Of a DNA stretch of 64,000 nt, positions 40,314 to 50,952 are shown in pieces. This stretch comes from Actinobacillus sp. (lineage in GTDB: Bacteria; Pseudomonadota; Gammaproteobacteria; Enterobacterales; Pasteurellaceae), in the NCBI GenBank assembly GCA_020026115.1, contig JAHHQY010000003.1, forward strand, positions 4,919 through 68,918. Reading direction: 5' to 3'. The translations under genes were made by a program, and so were the position numbers. Within the stretch, counting starts at the first letter, position 1; every line of letters begins with the position of its first letter. The notes beneath the pieces were generated by a model. That model was given only the letters and a program-made list of their open reading frames with translations, had not been told where the DNA came from and searched no databases.

Positions 40314-40889
40314 TTAGTTTTCCTTTTTTTCTACATCAGCAAGCGTATTAAAATTTTCAAAAGCTTGCCCATCATGAAACTTAACGGCCAGCGCATGATT
40401 TTCTTGCATAAATTTTAATAAACGCCGTTCGCCTTGAGCGAGAAATTGCGCTAATTTCGGCGCGAGAGACCTGTGCATTAAACAAAAAGTAGGGTGAGCG
40501 CGAACCTCATCGCAAGCATAAGCTAAAAGAGCGTTCTTTTCTTGGCATGCTTGAAAAAGACGTTGAGCTAAATTTAAAGGTAAGAAAGGGCCGTCACAAG
40601 GCACAAAAAGCACAAAAGGTAGCAGGCTTTGCTCTAAACCGCTTAACATTCCGCTTAAAGGCCCTTGAAAGCCTTTTAACTCATCACAAAACACGGGAAA
40701 ACCAAAAGCTTGATAGCGTTCTAAATTGCGATTAGCGTTAATAGCAAGGCGAGCCACTTGCGGGCGTAAACGTTCAGCACAATGTAAACATAAAGGTTTC
40801 TGTTTAAATAAAATCAATCCCTTATCTTCCCCTTGCATACGTCGAGCTAATCCGCCGGCTAAAATCACGCCTTGAATTTTATTTTCCAT
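40314..40889 (-). CDS. mobA: molybdenum cofactor guanylyltransferase
   Basis: 191 aa with the N-terminal motif GVILAGGLARRMQGEDKGL and overall MobA-like sequence. Confidence 0.88.
   Translation of the reverse strand: MENKIQGVILAGGLARRMQGEDKGLILFKQKPLCLHCAERLRPQVARLAINANRNLERYQAFGFPVFCDELKGFQGPLSGMLSGLEQSLLPFVLFVPCDGPFLPLNLAQRLFQACQEKNALLAYACDEVRAHPTFCLMHRSLAPKLAQFLAQGERRLLKFMQENHALAVKFHDGQAFENFNTLADVEKKEN
40455..40466 (-). repeat. motif copy inside a CDS (mobA)
   Basis: TTTCGGCGCGAG on the plus strand. On the mobA coding strand it reads CTC GCG CCG AAA = L-A-P-K (..SLAPKL..). Confidence 0.8.
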
Positions 40890-40950
40890 TTAATTTTTAC
40901 TCCAATTCCAGTATGATGTCGAATCTGCGTTAAATCATAAGGAAAAGCCT

Positions 40951-41217
40951 ATGAAATGTCATCGTTTAAATGAAGTATTAGAACTTTTGCAACCCTATTG
41001 GCAACAAAATCCCGAATTAAACTTAATGGAAATTTTACAAAAGATTGCTCAAGAAAGCGGGTTTGAGAAGCCCTTATCTCAACTTTCAGACGAAGTGATT
41101 ATTTATCACTTAAAAATGTATGGGAAAGAGAAAGATGCGCCAATTCCAGGCCTGCAAAAAGATTATGAAGAAGATTTTAAAAGTGCCTTGCTAAAAGCAC
41201 GCGGTATTATTAAATAA
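40951..41217 (+). CDS. yihD: YihD family protein (DUF1040)
   Basis: 88 aa, [18 protein letters not shown]...LNLMEILQK. It lies between mobA and dsbA, as in enterics. Confidence 0.8.
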   Translation: MKCHRLNEVLELLQPYWQQNPELNLMEILQKIAQESGFEKPLSQLSDEVIIYHLKMYGKEKDAPIPGLQKDYEEDFKSALLKARGIIK

Positions 41218-41228
41218 AAGGAAAAATT

Positions 41229-41840
41229 ATGAAAAAATTATTATTTGTTTTAGCCAGTTTCTTGGCGTTTCATCAAGCTCAAGCTCAAACCTACGAAACT
41301 TTAGACAGAAGTCCTTCGGCAAAACCAGAAGTGTTGGAATTTTTCTCTTTTTATTGCCCACATTGTTATGATTTTCAATATGTTTATAAAATCCCAGAAA
41401 AAATTGAAGAATCTTTACCAAAAGGCGTTGAATTTAAGCAATATCATGTGTCTTTTTCAGGGCCACGAGGTGCATTCTTAACGCGTGTTTGGGCTTTAGC
41501 GAATGTATTAGGCGTGCAGGATAAAGTTCGCGAGCCATTATTTGATGTTGTGCGTAAAGCGGCTAAGGCGCGTGATGCGCAAGCACCAACCTTAGAAGAT
41601 GTACAGGCGATTTTTCTGAATGCGGGCGTTACTCAAGAAGAATTTAATGCAATAAACAGTTTTGCGGTGAGCGCGATGTTTAATAAACAAGAAAAATTAG
41701 CGGAAATTTTAAATGTACAAGGCGTTCCAGATTTTTATGTCAATGAGAAATATCGCTTAAATCCAGAAGGTATGCCAAGAACGCCGACAGGTTTTGTAAA
41801 TGGTTATGTAGAAACTGTAAAGGATTTATTGCAAAAATAG
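41229..41840 (+). CDS. dsbA: thiol:disulfide oxidoreductase DsbA
   Basis: It has a signal peptide, the FFSFYCPHCY active site (CPHC) and GVPDFYVN. Confidence 0.92.
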   Translation: MKKLLFVLASFLAFHQAQAQTYETLDRSPSAKPEVLEFFSFYCPHCYDFQYVYKIPEKIEESLPKGVEFKQYHVSFSGPRGAFLTRVWALANVLGVQDKVREPLFDVVRKAAKARDAQAPTLEDVQAIFLNAGVTQEEFNAINSFAVSAMFNKQEKLAEILNVQGVPDFYVNEKYRLNPEGMPRTPTGFVNGYVETVKDLLQK

Positions 41841-41894
41841 CAAAAAACTGTTTTAATGCGTCCCCGCATTTTTTTATAACACATCGAGGAAGAT

Positions 41895-42221
41895 ATGGCT
41901 GAAAGTTTTAGCGTTACTCGTCGTTATTTCGACGATAAAAATTATCCACGTGGTTTCGCTCGTCACGGCGACTACACCATCAAAGAAGCTCAAGTTTTAG
42001 AACAGTTAGGTCAAGCATTTCGTGCTTTAGATTTAGGTGAAAGAGAGCCTGTTACAGAAGAAGAAAAATCTTTCGTAGCATTCTGTCGTGGTGAACATCC
42101 TGCAGAAACCTTCTTTGAAAAAGTATGGAAAAAATATTGTTCCAATATTTCAACTGCGAAACGTGTTTACACCCTTTCAGGTGTTGTTGCTGATAACGTA
42201 GATGAATTTGCTGGCGAATAA
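41895..42221 (+). CDS. maoP: macrodomain Ori protein MaoP (YifE, DUF413)
   Basis: 108 aa, ..[24 protein letters not shown].. resembles YifE. Confidence 0.7.
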   Translation: MAESFSVTRRYFDDKNYPRGFARHGDYTIKEAQVLEQLGQAFRALDLGEREPVTEEEKSFVAFCRGEHPAETFFEKVWKKYCSNISTAKRVYTLSGVVADNVDEFAGE

Positions 42222-42245
42222 ACGCAAGCAGGAAAACGGAAAAAT

Positions 42246-42269
42246 GCCCCTTTATGGGGCGTTTTTTTT
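42246..42269 (+). terminator. maoP terminator
   Basis: GCCCC-tttat-GGGGC followed by G and T8. Confidence 0.7.
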
Positions 42270-42284
42270 GCCTGTCATTTAGGT

Positions 42285-42298
42285 CTCGCACCGAAAAA
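42285..42298 (+). repeat. motif, single copy
   Basis: CTCGCACCGAAAAA, 16 nt after the independent maoP terminator. Confidence 0.85.
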
Positions 42299-42375
42299 TG
42301 GTCAGAAAGGGAAGCGTAGACATAAAAAAAGTGCCACATTAGTGGCACTTAACTTATTTGAAATCTTTATAAAAA

Positions 42376-44688
42376 TTAAAGAGATTCAGTGAATGTACGA
42401 GTAATAACATCACGTTGTTGTTCAGCGGTTAAGCTGTTAAAACGTACTGCGTAACCTGAAACACGAATGGTTAATTGTGGATATTTTTCAGGGTGTTCAA
42501 TCGCGTCTAATAAAGTTTCGCGGTTTAATACGTTAACGTTTAAGTGCTGACCACCTTCAACATTTGCTTCGTGGTGGAAGTAACCATCCATTAAGCCTGC
42601 TAAGTTGCGTTTTTGCGCGTCCATATCTTTACCAAGTGCGTTAGGAACGATAGAGAAAGTATAAGAAATACCATCTTTCGCAAAAGCAAATGGAAGTTTA
42701 GCCACAGAAGTTAAAGATGCAACCGCACCTTTTTGGTCACGACCGTGCATTGGGTTTGCGCCAGGTCCAAATGGTGCGCCTGCTGGACGACCGTCTGGAG
42801 TATTACCTGTTTTTTTACCATAAACAACGTTAGAAGTAATGGTTAATACAGATTGTGTTGGAGTTGCGTTGCGGTAAGTAGGGTGTTTTTTCACTTTGTT
42901 CATGAAACGCTCTACTAAGTCACAAGCGATAGCATCAACACGTTCGTCATTGTTACCGAATTGTGGATATTCGCCTTCGATTTCGAAGTCTAATGCCATA
43001 TTTTCAGCGATAACGTTGCCATCTTTATCTTTAATGTCGCCACGAATTGGTTTCACTTTCGCGTATTTGATAGCCGCTAAAGAGTCCGCTGCAACAGAAA
43101 GTCCTGCGATACCACAAGCCATTGTGCGGTAAACGTCACGATCGTGAAGTGCCATTAATGCAGCTTCATAAGCGTATTTGTCATGCATAAAGTGGATGCA
43201 GTTTAGAGCAGTCACATATTGTGTTGCTAACCAATCCATTAATTTATCCATGCTTTCCATTACGGTATCGAAATCTAAAACTTCATCTAAAAGAGGTTCA
43301 GCTTTAGGACCGATTTGCATACCAGATTTTTCGTCACGACCACCGTTGATTGCGTAAAGCATTGTTTTCGCTAAGTTTGCACGCGCGCCGAAGAATTGCA
43401 TTTGTTTACCAACAACCATTGGGCTTACACAACAAGCAATTGCGTAGTCATCGTTGTTAAAGTCTGGACGCATTAAATCATCATTTTCGTATTGAACAGA
43501 TGAGGTATCGATAGAAACTTTAGCACAGAATTTTTTGAATGCTTCAGGTAATTTTTCAGACCAAAGAATGGTTAAGTTTGGTTCTGGAGAAGGACCCATA
43601 GTGTAAAGGGTATTTAACATACGGAAGCTGTTTTTGGTAACTAAAGTACGACCATCAACACCCATACCACCGATAGATTCAGTTGCCCAAATTGGGTCGC
43701 CTGAGAATAATTGATCGTATTCAGGAGTACGTAAGAAACGAACCATACGTAATTTCATTACTAAATGATCCATTAATTCTTGTGCTTCTTTTTCAGTTAA
43801 TGTGCCTTCTTTTAAGTCGCGTTCGATATAAATATCTAAGAAAGTTGAAGTACGACCGAAAGACATTGCCGCGCCGTTTTGAGATTTAACTGCAGCTAAA
43901 TAACCAAAGTAAGTCCATTGGATTGCTTCACGTGCATTTTGTGCAGGACGAGAAATATCGCAACCGTAGTATGCAGCCATTTCTTTCATTTGGCCTAATG
44001 CGCGGTGTTGTTCTGCAATTTCTTCACGTAATTGAATGGTGGCTTGTAAGTCTTCGCCAGCTTCTAATCTTGCTTGTAAAGATTTGAATTGAGCGAATTT
44101 ATCTTTCATTAAGTAGTCGATACCGTAAAGAGCGATACGACGGTAGTCACCGATAATACGACCACGACCGTAAGCATCAGGAAGACCTGTGATTACGCCA
44201 GATTTACGGCAACGTAAAATATCTGGGGTGTAAACATCGAATACACCTTGGTTGTGAGTTTTACGGTAATCAGTGAAGATTTGTTCAACTTCAGGTTTTA
44301 ATTCACGACCATAAACGTCGCAAGAACTTTTCACCATACGGATACCACCGAATGGCATAATTGCACGTTTTAAAGGCGCGTCTGTTTGTAAACCAACGAT
44401 TTTTTCTAACGCTTGGTCAATGTAACCTGCTTTGTGAGAGGTGATAGTTGACGGAGTATTTGGGTCGATGTCGAAAGGTTCGTGGGTGCTGTTTTCCACT
44501 TTGATTTTTTCCATAACATCATTCCAAAGCGTGGTAGTCGCTTCAGTTGCATCCGCTAAGAAAGATTCATCACCTTCATACGGAGTGTAGTTTTTTTGGA
44601 TAAAATCACGAACGTTGACTTCATTTTGCCAATCGCCGCCTTTAAAGCCTGACCAAGCTTCAATTTGTTGTTCTGTTAATTGAGTCAT
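42376..44688 (-). CDS. pflB: pyruvate formate-lyase (formate C-acetyltransferase)
   Basis: 770 aa with the C-terminal glycyl radical motif [11 protein letters not shown] and the active-site motif ACCVSPM. Confidence 0.97.
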   Translation of the reverse strand: MTQLTEQQIEAWSGFKGGDWQNEVNVRDFIQKNYTPYEGDESFLADATEATTTLWNDVMEKIKVENSTHEPFDIDPNTPSTITSHKAGYIDQALEKIVGLQTDAPLKRAIMPFGGIRMVKSSCDVYGRELKPEVEQIFTDYRKTHNQGVFDVYTPDILRCRKSGVITGLPDAYGRGRIIGDYRRIALYGIDYLMKDKFAQFKSLQARLEAGEDLQATIQLREEIAEQHRALGQMKEMAAYYGCDISRPAQNAREAIQWTYFGYLAAVKSQNGAAMSFGRTSTFLDIYIERDLKEGTLTEKEAQELMDHLVMKLRMVRFLRTPEYDQLFSGDPIWATESIGGMGVDGRTLVTKNSFRMLNTLYTMGPSPEPNLTILWSEKLPEAFKKFCAKVSIDTSSVQYENDDLMRPDFNNDDYAIACCVSPMVVGKQMQFFGARANLAKTMLYAINGGRDEKSGMQIGPKAEPLLDEVLDFDTVMESMDKLMDWLATQYVTALNCIHFMHDKYAYEAALMALHDRDVYRTMACGIAGLSVAADSLAAIKYAKVKPIRGDIKDKDGNVIAENMALDFEIEGEYPQFGNNDERVDAIACDLVERFMNKVKKHPTYRNATPTQSVLTITSNVVYGKKTGNTPDGRPAGAPFGPGANPMHGRDQKGAVASLTSVAKLPFAFAKDGISYTFSIVPNALGKDMDAQKRNLAGLMDGYFHHEANVEGGQHLNVNVLNRETLLDAIEHPEKYPQLTIRVSGYAVRFNSLTAEQQRDVITRTFTESL

Positions 44689-44717
44689 TGATTTTTCCTA
44701 ACTTTAATTTAAAAAAC

Positions 44718-44748
44718 TGCGTAGGAAAGAGAACATCTTTCCTACGCA
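44718..44748 (-). other. 12-bp stem-loop between focA and pflB (attenuator or processing candidate)
   Basis: TGCGTAGGAAAG-agaacat-CTTTCCTACGCA. On the transcribed (minus) strand it is followed by a T6 run. Confidence 0.45.
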
Positions 44749-44755
44749 AACGAAA

Positions 44756-45607
44756 CTAATGTGCGTGTGGTTTACTTGTAAAATATTGCACTAAAGCAAT
44801 ACAGAAACCGCCACCGATAAGATTACCTAAGGTAACAGGGATTAAATTTTTAAACACAAAATTTGCGATGGTTAAATCAGCAAACTGGCTTGGCTCAATC
44901 CCGATACTTTGCCAAAATTCAACGGCACCAAAGTGTGAAACGATAATGCCCATGGGAATCATAAACATATTGGCAACGCTATGTTCAAAGCCTGAGCCGA
45001 CAAACATACCAATAGGTAAAATCATAATTAAAACTTTATCTGTTAAGGTTTTGCCCGCGTAGCCCATCCAAACTGCGGCGCACACCATAATGTTACAAAG
45101 CATACCTAAACAAAAAGCTTCAAGCCAAGTATGGTGAATTTTATGTTGTGCGGTTTTCAAAATGGTTAAACCCCATTGGCCATGGTCTGCCATAATTTGA
45201 CCTGCGAACCAAATTAAGGTCACGATAAAGATCGCGCCGAAAAAATTACCGCAATAAACAACAAACCAGTTGCGTAACATTTGCCAGGTTGTAATTTTTC
45301 CCGTTACGCGTGCAACAATGGTCATACTTGAAGAGGTAAAGAGTTCTGTCCCCATGACCACAACCATAATTAAGCCTAAGGCGAAAACCATACCGCCGAC
45401 TAATTTAGTTAAGCCCCAAGAAGCATCCGGTGCGATACCGGTTTGCGTTGTGGTATAAAACACGAACGCTAAAGCAATAAATGCGCCAGAAGAAATGGCA
45501 GAAAGAAATGAAAGAAATTGGTTTTTTTTCGCTTTATAGGCCCCAGCATCTTCCCCTAGTGCCGCCATTTGGGTTGGCGATAACATAAATTCGATTACTT
45601 TTTCCAT
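44756..45607 (-). CDS. focA: formate channel FocA
   Basis: Formate/nitrite transporter family, ..AGAYKAKKN....FYTTTQTG.. parallels E. coli FocA. The start is probably ATG 45607 or 45586 rather than 45643. Confidence 0.9.
   Translation of the reverse strand: MEKVIEFMLSPTQMAALGEDAGAYKAKKNQFLSFLSAISSGAFIALAFVFYTTTQTGIAPDASWGLTKLVGGMVFALGLIMVVVMGTELFTSSSMTIVARVTGKITTWQMLRNWFVVYCGNFFGAIFIVTLIWFAGQIMADHGQWGLTILKTAQHKIHHTWLEAFCLGMLCNIMVCAAVWMGYAGKTLTDKVLIMILPIGMFVGSGFEHSVANMFMIPMGIIVSHFGAVEFWQSIGIEPSQFADLTIANFVFKNLIPVTLGNLIGGGFCIALVQYFTSKPHAH
45232..45245 (+). repeat. motif copy inside a CDS (focA, antisense to the gene)
   Basis: TCGCGCCGAAAAAA. On the coding strand it reads TTC GGC GCG ATC = F-G-A-I (..GNFFGAIF..). 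Confidence 0.85.
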
Positions 45608-45799
45608 AAAATATTCATCGTCCTTGATAAAAATAACGCGCATATTTTAAGTTATCTCAAGGTATTTTCAACCTTAAATACAAAATAAATCGGAAATAAG
45701 CAGGAATAAAAAAAGATTTTAGGTGATTGCGCTAATTTGCACACAAACAAATAACAAATTAGTAACAAGTTTTACAACTATGTTAAGAATAAAACTTAA

Positions 45800-45813
45800 C
45801 TCGCGCCGAAAAA
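45800..45813 (+). repeat. motif, single copy
   Basis: CTCGCGCCGAAAAA, in the divergent focA/prfB intergenic region. Confidence 0.85.
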
Positions 45814-45930
45814 GTGATTTTTGGTTTAAAAAAAATTCCTTGGGTAAGTGCAGAAAGTTGTCGGTAAATAACTACACAAAAGGTGGAAAATAGCCTATAA
45901 TTTGGCATTTTCATTTTGACGGAATTAAGT

Positions 45931-47029
45931 ATGTTTGAAATAAATCCATTAAAAAATCAATTAGCGGATCTAAAAGAACGCACGCAGTCCATTCGGGGGT
46001 ATCTTTGACTTCGACAGTAAAGTTGAACGTTTAGAAGAAGTCAATGCCGAATTAGAACAACCTGATGTGTGGAATGATCCTGCTCGCGCGCAAGCTTTAG
46101 GAAAAGAGCGTGCAACCTTAGATGAAATGGTGAAAACAATTCGCCAGTTAGAGCAAGGTTGTGAAGATGTGGAAGGCTTATTGGAATTAGCCTTAGAAGC
46201 AGAAGATGAAGCGACCTTTCAAGAAGCCCAAGCGGAAGCTGAGGAACTCGAAAAACAATTAGCGAAGTTAGAATTTCGTCGTATGTTTAGCGGTGAAAAC
46301 GACCCTAACGATTGCTATTTAGACTTACAAGCAGGCTCAGGTGGTACCGAAGCGCAAGATTGGACAGAAATGTTATTGCGCATGTATTTACGTTGGGCGG
46401 AAAGCAAAGGCTTTAAAACGGAATTAATCGAAGCCTCTGATGGTGATGTGGCGGGCGTTAAGTCAGCGACGGTAAAAATTTCGGGTGAATATGCTTACGG
46501 TTGGTTGCGAACTGAAACAGGAATTCATCGCTTAGTGCGTAAATCCCCTTTTGATTCAAACAATCGACGCCACACCTCTTTTAGTGCGGCTTTTGTGTAT
46601 CCAGAGATTAACGATAATATTGAAATTGATATTAATCCTGCCGATTTACGCATTGATGTATATCGTGCTTCAGGGGCGGGTGGTCAGCACATCAATAAAA
46701 CCGAAAGTGCGGTGCGAATTACGCATTTACCTACAAATATCGTGGTGCAATGTCAAAATGACCGCTCACAACATAAAAATAAAGATCAAGCCATGAAACA
46801 ATTGCGTGCCAAATTATATGAGCACGAAATGCAAAAGAAAAATGCTGAAAAACAAGCGATGGAAGATTCGAAGTCCGATATTGGTTGGGGCAGTCAAATT
46901 CGCTCTTATGTGCTTGATGATGCACGAATTAAAGATTTACGAACCGGCGTGGAAAATCGCAATACCCAAGCGGTGCTCGATGGTGCGCTCGATCCCTTTA
47001 TTGAAGCGAGCTTAAAAGCTGGGCTTTAA
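45931..47029 (+). CDS. prfB: peptide chain release factor 2, requires a programmed +1 frameshift (join 45931..46005, 46007..47029)
   Basis: Frame 0 runs ATG 45931 ... CTT TGA (46003-46008). The +1 frame continues GAC TTC... into the long ORF carrying SPF and GGQ ([12 protein letters not shown]). The total of 365 aa equals E. coli RF2. Confidence 0.95.
45994..46009 (+). promoter_or_regulatory. prfB +1 frameshift site with internal Shine-Dalgarno-like element
   Basis: CGGGGGTATCTTTGAC: GGGGG at 45995-45999, then the slippery CTT followed by in-frame TGA C, the same layout as the E. coli prfB recoding site. Confidence 0.92.
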
Positions 47030-47058
47030 TGCACATTCTCATTAATTAAGGAATAACT

Positions 47059-48561
47059 ATGTCAGAACAAAATACAGAATTAGATTTTCACGGTGAAATG
47101 GCAGTACGTCGTGAAAAATTACAAAAATTACGCGAAAAAGGCGTGGCCTTTCCAAATACTTTCCGTCGCGACGCGTTAGCACAAGATTTACATACAAAAT
47201 TTGATGCAAAAGATGCGGAAGAATTAAAAGCGGAAGAAATTGAAGTTGCCGTAGCAGGACGTATTATGACGCGCCGTACTATGGGTAAAGCGACGTTCAT
47301 TACTTTACAAGATATGTCAGGCCGTATTCAGCTTTATGTGGCAAAAAATAATTTAGCAGAAGGCGTGTATGCTGAAGAAGTAAGCCAATGGGATTTAGGT
47401 GATATCGTTGGTGTGAAAGGTGTGCTTTTCAAAACGAAAACAGGCGAATTAACCGTACGCACAAGCGAAGTGCAATTATTAACAAAAGCCTTACGCCCAT
47501 TACCAGATAAATTCCATGGTTTAGCTGATCAAGAAACACGCTATCGTCAACGTTATTTAGATTTAATTTCTAACGAAGAATCACGTCGTACTTTTGTGAT
47601 TCGTTCAAAAGTTATTGCAGGTATGCGCGACTACTTCATTAGCAAAGGCTTTATTGAAGTTGAAACCCCAATGTTACATGTTATCCCAGGTGGGGCAGCA
47701 GCGCGTCCATTTGTGACCCATCACAATGCATTAGATATTGATATGTATTTACGTATCGCACCAGAACTTTACTTAAAACGTTTAGTTGTAGGTGGTTTTG
47801 AACGTGTATTTGAATTAAACCGTAACTTCCGTAACGAAGGGGTTTCTGTTCGTCATAACCCTGAATTTACGATGATTGAATACTATCAAGCTTATGCGGA
47901 TTATCATGATTTAATGGATAACACCGAAGAATTATTACGTAAATTAGCCTTAGATATTTTAGGTACAACCATTGTTCCTTATGGCGAATATGAATTTGAT
48001 TTCGGTAAACCATTTGAACGTATTACCATGCACGATGCTATTGTTAAATACGGTAACGGTATTGCCAAAGAAGATTTATATGACATCGCAAAAGCCAGCG
48101 CAATTTGTGAAAAATTAGGTATTGAAGTGCAAAAATCATGGGGTTTAGGCTCTATCGTTAATGCTATTTTTGAAGAAGTGGCTGAAGCACATTTAATTCA
48201 ACCAACTTTCTTAATGGCACATCCTGCAGAAATTTCACCATTAGCTCGTCGTAATGATGAAAATCCAGATGTGACAGATCGCTTTGAATTATTCATTGGC
48301 GGTCGTGAAATTGGTAATGGTTTCTCAGAATTAAACGACGCAGAAGACCAAGCTGCACGATTTGACGCCCAAGTTGCGGCAAAAGAAGCCGGCGATGATG
48401 AAGCGATGTTTAAAGATGACGATTTCGTGACAGCATTAGAACATGGTTTACCGCCAACAGCGGGTGAAGGTTTAGGTATTGACCGTTTAGCGATGCTTTT
48501 TGCTAATGCGCCATCAATTCGTGATGTGATTTTATTCCCAGCAATGAAACACAAAGCTTAA
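47059..48561 (+). CDS. lysS: lysyl-tRNA synthetase (class II)
   Basis: 500 aa with class II motifs (..[20 protein letters not shown].., ..[11 protein letters not shown]..). It lies immediately downstream of prfB, as in E. coli. Confidence 0.96.
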   Translation: MSEQNTELDFHGEMAVRREKLQKLREKGVAFPNTFRRDALAQDLHTKFDAKDAEELKAEEIEVAVAGRIMTRRTMGKATFITLQDMSGRIQLYVAKNNLAEGVYAEEVSQWDLGDIVGVKGVLFKTKTGELTVRTSEVQLLTKALRPLPDKFHGLADQETRYRQRYLDLISNEESRRTFVIRSKVIAGMRDYFISKGFIEVETPMLHVIPGGAAARPFVTHHNALDIDMYLRIAPELYLKRLVVGGFERVFELNRNFRNEGVSVRHNPEFTMIEYYQAYADYHDLMDNTEELLRKLALDILGTTIVPYGEYEFDFGKPFERITMHDAIVKYGNGIAKEDLYDIAKASAICEKLGIEVQKSWGLGSIVNAIFEEVAEAHLIQPTFLMAHPAEISPLARRNDENPDVTDRFELFIGGREIGNGFSELNDAEDQAARFDAQVAAKEAGDDEAMFKDDDFVTALEHGLPPTAGEGLGIDRLAMLFANAPSIRDVILFPAMKHKA

Positions 48562-48577
48562 TTCCTTTCTTTTTAAT

Positions 48578-48612
48578 GGCTTAGTTTTACGGCTAAGCCT
48601 TTTTTCTTTTTT
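48578..48612 (+). terminator. lysS terminator
   Basis: GGCTTAG-ttttacgg-CTAAGCC followed by TTTTTTCTTTTTT, ending 6 nt before the aroG-like ATG. Confidence 0.7.
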
Positions 48613-48618
48613 AATACG

Positions 48619-49689
48619 ATGAAACAGCACAGTTTAAAAGATGACAGCCGAGTTGGGAAAATTGAGCAAGTTTTACCGCCCATTGCTTTGCTGGAAAAAT
48701 TTCCGCTAACAGAAATTGCCTCAGCGACAGTACAAAAAACGCGTCAACAAGCCAGCGCTATTATTCAAGGCAAATCCGATCGCTTATTAGTGGTTATTGG
48801 TCCTTGTTCTATTCACGATCCAAAATCCGCTTTAGAGTATGCAGAACGCTTAAAAACGATGCGTCAAAAATTCGGCGCGGAGCTTGAAATTATTATGCGC
48901 GTTTATTTTGAAAAACCGCGTACAACCGTAGGTTGGAAAGGCTTAATTAACGATCCTTATTTGAATAATTCCTATGCTTTAAATGATGGATTGCAAATTG
49001 CCCGTAAATTATTAACGCAAATTAATGATTTAGGCGTGCCAACGGCGGGGGAATTTTTGGATATGATCACCCCACAATATTTGGCGGACTTAATGAGCTG
49101 GGGCGCTATTGGCGCGCGAACCACTGAATCCCAAGTGCATCGCGAATTAGCCTCAGGCTTACCTTGCCCCGTCGGCTTTAAAAATGCCACAAATGGCAGT
49201 GTTAAAATTGCATTAGATGCCATTCGCGCGGCGAAATCGCCTCATTCCTTTTTATCGGTGACGAAATTTGGACATTCAGCGATTGTGTCCACCAAAGGGA
49301 ACGAAGATTGCCACATTATTTTACGCGGTGGCGAAAATGGCACGAATTATGATGAGGTTTCCATCGCTCAAGTGAGTGAACAAATTCGCACAATGGGAAA
49401 TGTTGCTCATGTGATGGTTGATTTTAGTCACGCCAATAGCCAAAAAGATTTTAAAAAGCAACTCGTGGTTTGCGCCGATGTATGCGCACAAATTGCTCAA
49501 GGCTCGCGCCGAATTTTTGGCGTGATGGTTGAAAGCCATTTAAATGAAGGGCGTCAGGATTTAAATTTAACTCAGCCTTTATGTTATGGCCAAAGTATTA
49601 CAGACGCTTGTTTAGGCTGGGAAGATAGCGCGCAATTATTAGCAAATTTAGCGCAAGCGGTAAAAGCGCGCCGAGGAAATTTCGCTTAA
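48619..49689 (+). CDS. aroG: 3-deoxy-7-phosphoheptulonate (DAHP) synthase, class I
   Basis: 356 aa colinear with E. coli AroG/AroF (..LPPIALLEKFP.., LLVVIGPCSIHDP, KPRTTVGWKGL). The isoenzyme assignment is uncertain. Confidence 0.85.
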   Translation: MKQHSLKDDSRVGKIEQVLPPIALLEKFPLTEIASATVQKTRQQASAIIQGKSDRLLVVIGPCSIHDPKSALEYAERLKTMRQKFGAELEIIMRVYFEKPRTTVGWKGLINDPYLNNSYALNDGLQIARKLLTQINDLGVPTAGEFLDMITPQYLADLMSWGAIGARTTESQVHRELASGLPCPVGFKNATNGSVKIALDAIRAAKSPHSFLSVTKFGHSAIVSTKGNEDCHIILRGGENGTNYDEVSIAQVSEQIRTMGNVAHVMVDFSHANSQKDFKKQLVVCADVCAQIAQGSRRIFGVMVESHLNEGRQDLNLTQPLCYGQSITDACLGWEDSAQLLANLAQAVKARRGNFA

Positions 49690-49713
49690 AATTGATTATC
49701 CCTTGATAAAAAA

Positions 49714-49756
49714 AGCACTCGCACCGAAAATAAGACGTTGGTTAGAGTGCTTTTTT
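49714..49756 (+). terminator. possible terminator after the DAHP synthase gene (long loop holding a motif copy)
   Basis: AGCACTC-24 nt-GAGTGCT followed by T6. Confidence 0.4.
49718..49730 (+). repeat. motif, single copy
   Basis: CTCGCACCGAAAA, after the DAHP synthase gene. Confidence 0.85.
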
Positions 49757-49804
49757 GTTGAAAAAATCAGCAAACACAAAGTGACAAAAGATTATTTTTT
49801 ATTC

Positions 49805-49820
49805 TGTGATCTTTATCACG
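49805..49820. promoter_or_regulatory. CRP binding site upstream of manX
   Basis: tcTGTGAtctttaTCACGat (9/10). The centre is about 41.5 nt upstream of the TSS implied by TATAAT at 49842-49847. Confidence 0.6.
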
Positions 49821-49967
49821 ATAGTACGGAGTGGATTTTATTATAATATGTTCGTTTCTAATAGGTTATTACCTAAAATGAAGTGCTAAGATTCATTTTT
49901 TATCTGCATTTTCTTTTATTCTGAGAAGTTGTGGATTTTTTTTATCACTTAAAGTTAAGGAGTCGAT

Positions 49968-50942
49968 ATGACTATCGGGATCATCATTGCAACCCACGGT
50001 TGTGCAGCAGAAGAGTTGCGCAAGACCACAGAAATGCTCATAGGTGAGCAAGAGAACGTTGCTACAATTGATTTTGTCCCAGGTGAAAATGCCGAAACCA
50101 TTATGGGCAAATATCAAGAAAAATTAAGTGGCGAACTTTCTTGTTGCGACACCATTTTATTTTTAGTGGATACTTGGGGCGGCAGTCCTTTTAATGCTGC
50201 AAACCGTATTGCGGAAGGCAAAGATAATATGGATATTGTAACTGGTGTGAATGTGCCAATGTTGGTGGAAACCTTTATGGGCCGAGATGATGAGCCAAGT
50301 TTACAAGAATTAGTCGAAATTGCCCTTGAAACAGGTCGCATGGGCGTGCGAGCTTTAAAATTTGAGGAAGTAAAAACTGTCGCAAAAGAGGTTGCAGAGC
50401 CTGTACAACAAGTTGCACCACAAGCGGTGGCTTCCCAAAAAGAAGGCAATTTAGTGGTCGGTTTAGCGCGTATTGATGACCGTTTAATCCATGGACAAGT
50501 GGCTACGCGTTGGACAAAAGAAAGTAAAGTGAAACGCATCGTGGTGGTGAATGATGAAGTGGCTAAAGATAGCGTACGCACGGCCATGTTAAAATCCGTT
50601 GCGCCACCAGGGGTGACCGCTCATGTGGTGAATACCGACAAAATGATTCGCGTTTGGGAAAACCCAGAATATGCAGACGAACGAATGATGTTGCTTTTCA
50701 CAAATCCAACCGATGTATTGAAATTACTTAAAGCTGGCGTAAATATGAAATCCATCAATATTGGTGGTATGGCATATAAAGACGGCAAAAAAATGATTAC
50801 AAGTGCAGTATCCGTGGATCAAAAAGATATCGATGCGTTCAAAGAAATTGATGCTATGGGCATTGAATTAGATGTGCGTAAAGTATCAAACGATACACGT
50901 CAATATATGATGGATTTACTCAAAAAAAATAACCTAATTTAA
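49968..50942 (+). CDS. manX: PTS mannose-family EIIAB component
   Basis: 324 aa with an N-terminal EIIA domain (IGIIIATHG), an Ala/Pro/Gln linker and an EIIB domain (ARIDDRLIHGQV). Confidence 0.92.
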   Translation: MTIGIIIATHGCAAEELRKTTEMLIGEQENVATIDFVPGENAETIMGKYQEKLSGELSCCDTILFLVDTWGGSPFNAANRIAEGKDNMDIVTGVNVPMLVETFMGRDDEPSLQELVEIALETGRMGVRALKFEEVKTVAKEVAEPVQQVAPQAVASQKEGNLVVGLARIDDRLIHGQVATRWTKESKVKRIVVVNDEVAKDSVRTAMLKSVAPPGVTAHVVNTDKMIRVWENPEYADERMMLLFTNPTDVLKLLKAGVNMKSINIGGMAYKDGKKMITSAVSVDQKDIDAFKEIDAMGIELDVRKVSNDTRQYMMDLLKKNNLI

Positions 50943-50952
50943 GGAAATCATT

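Noticed and set aside
45620-45634. TTGAT-aaaa-ATAAC as an FNR box for focA-pflB.
   Set aside because: Only one good half-site is present, and it lies within about 30 nt of the focA start codon. I could not find a convincing TTGAT-N4-ATCAA box in 45,644-45,930 by eye, so a matrix scan is needed.
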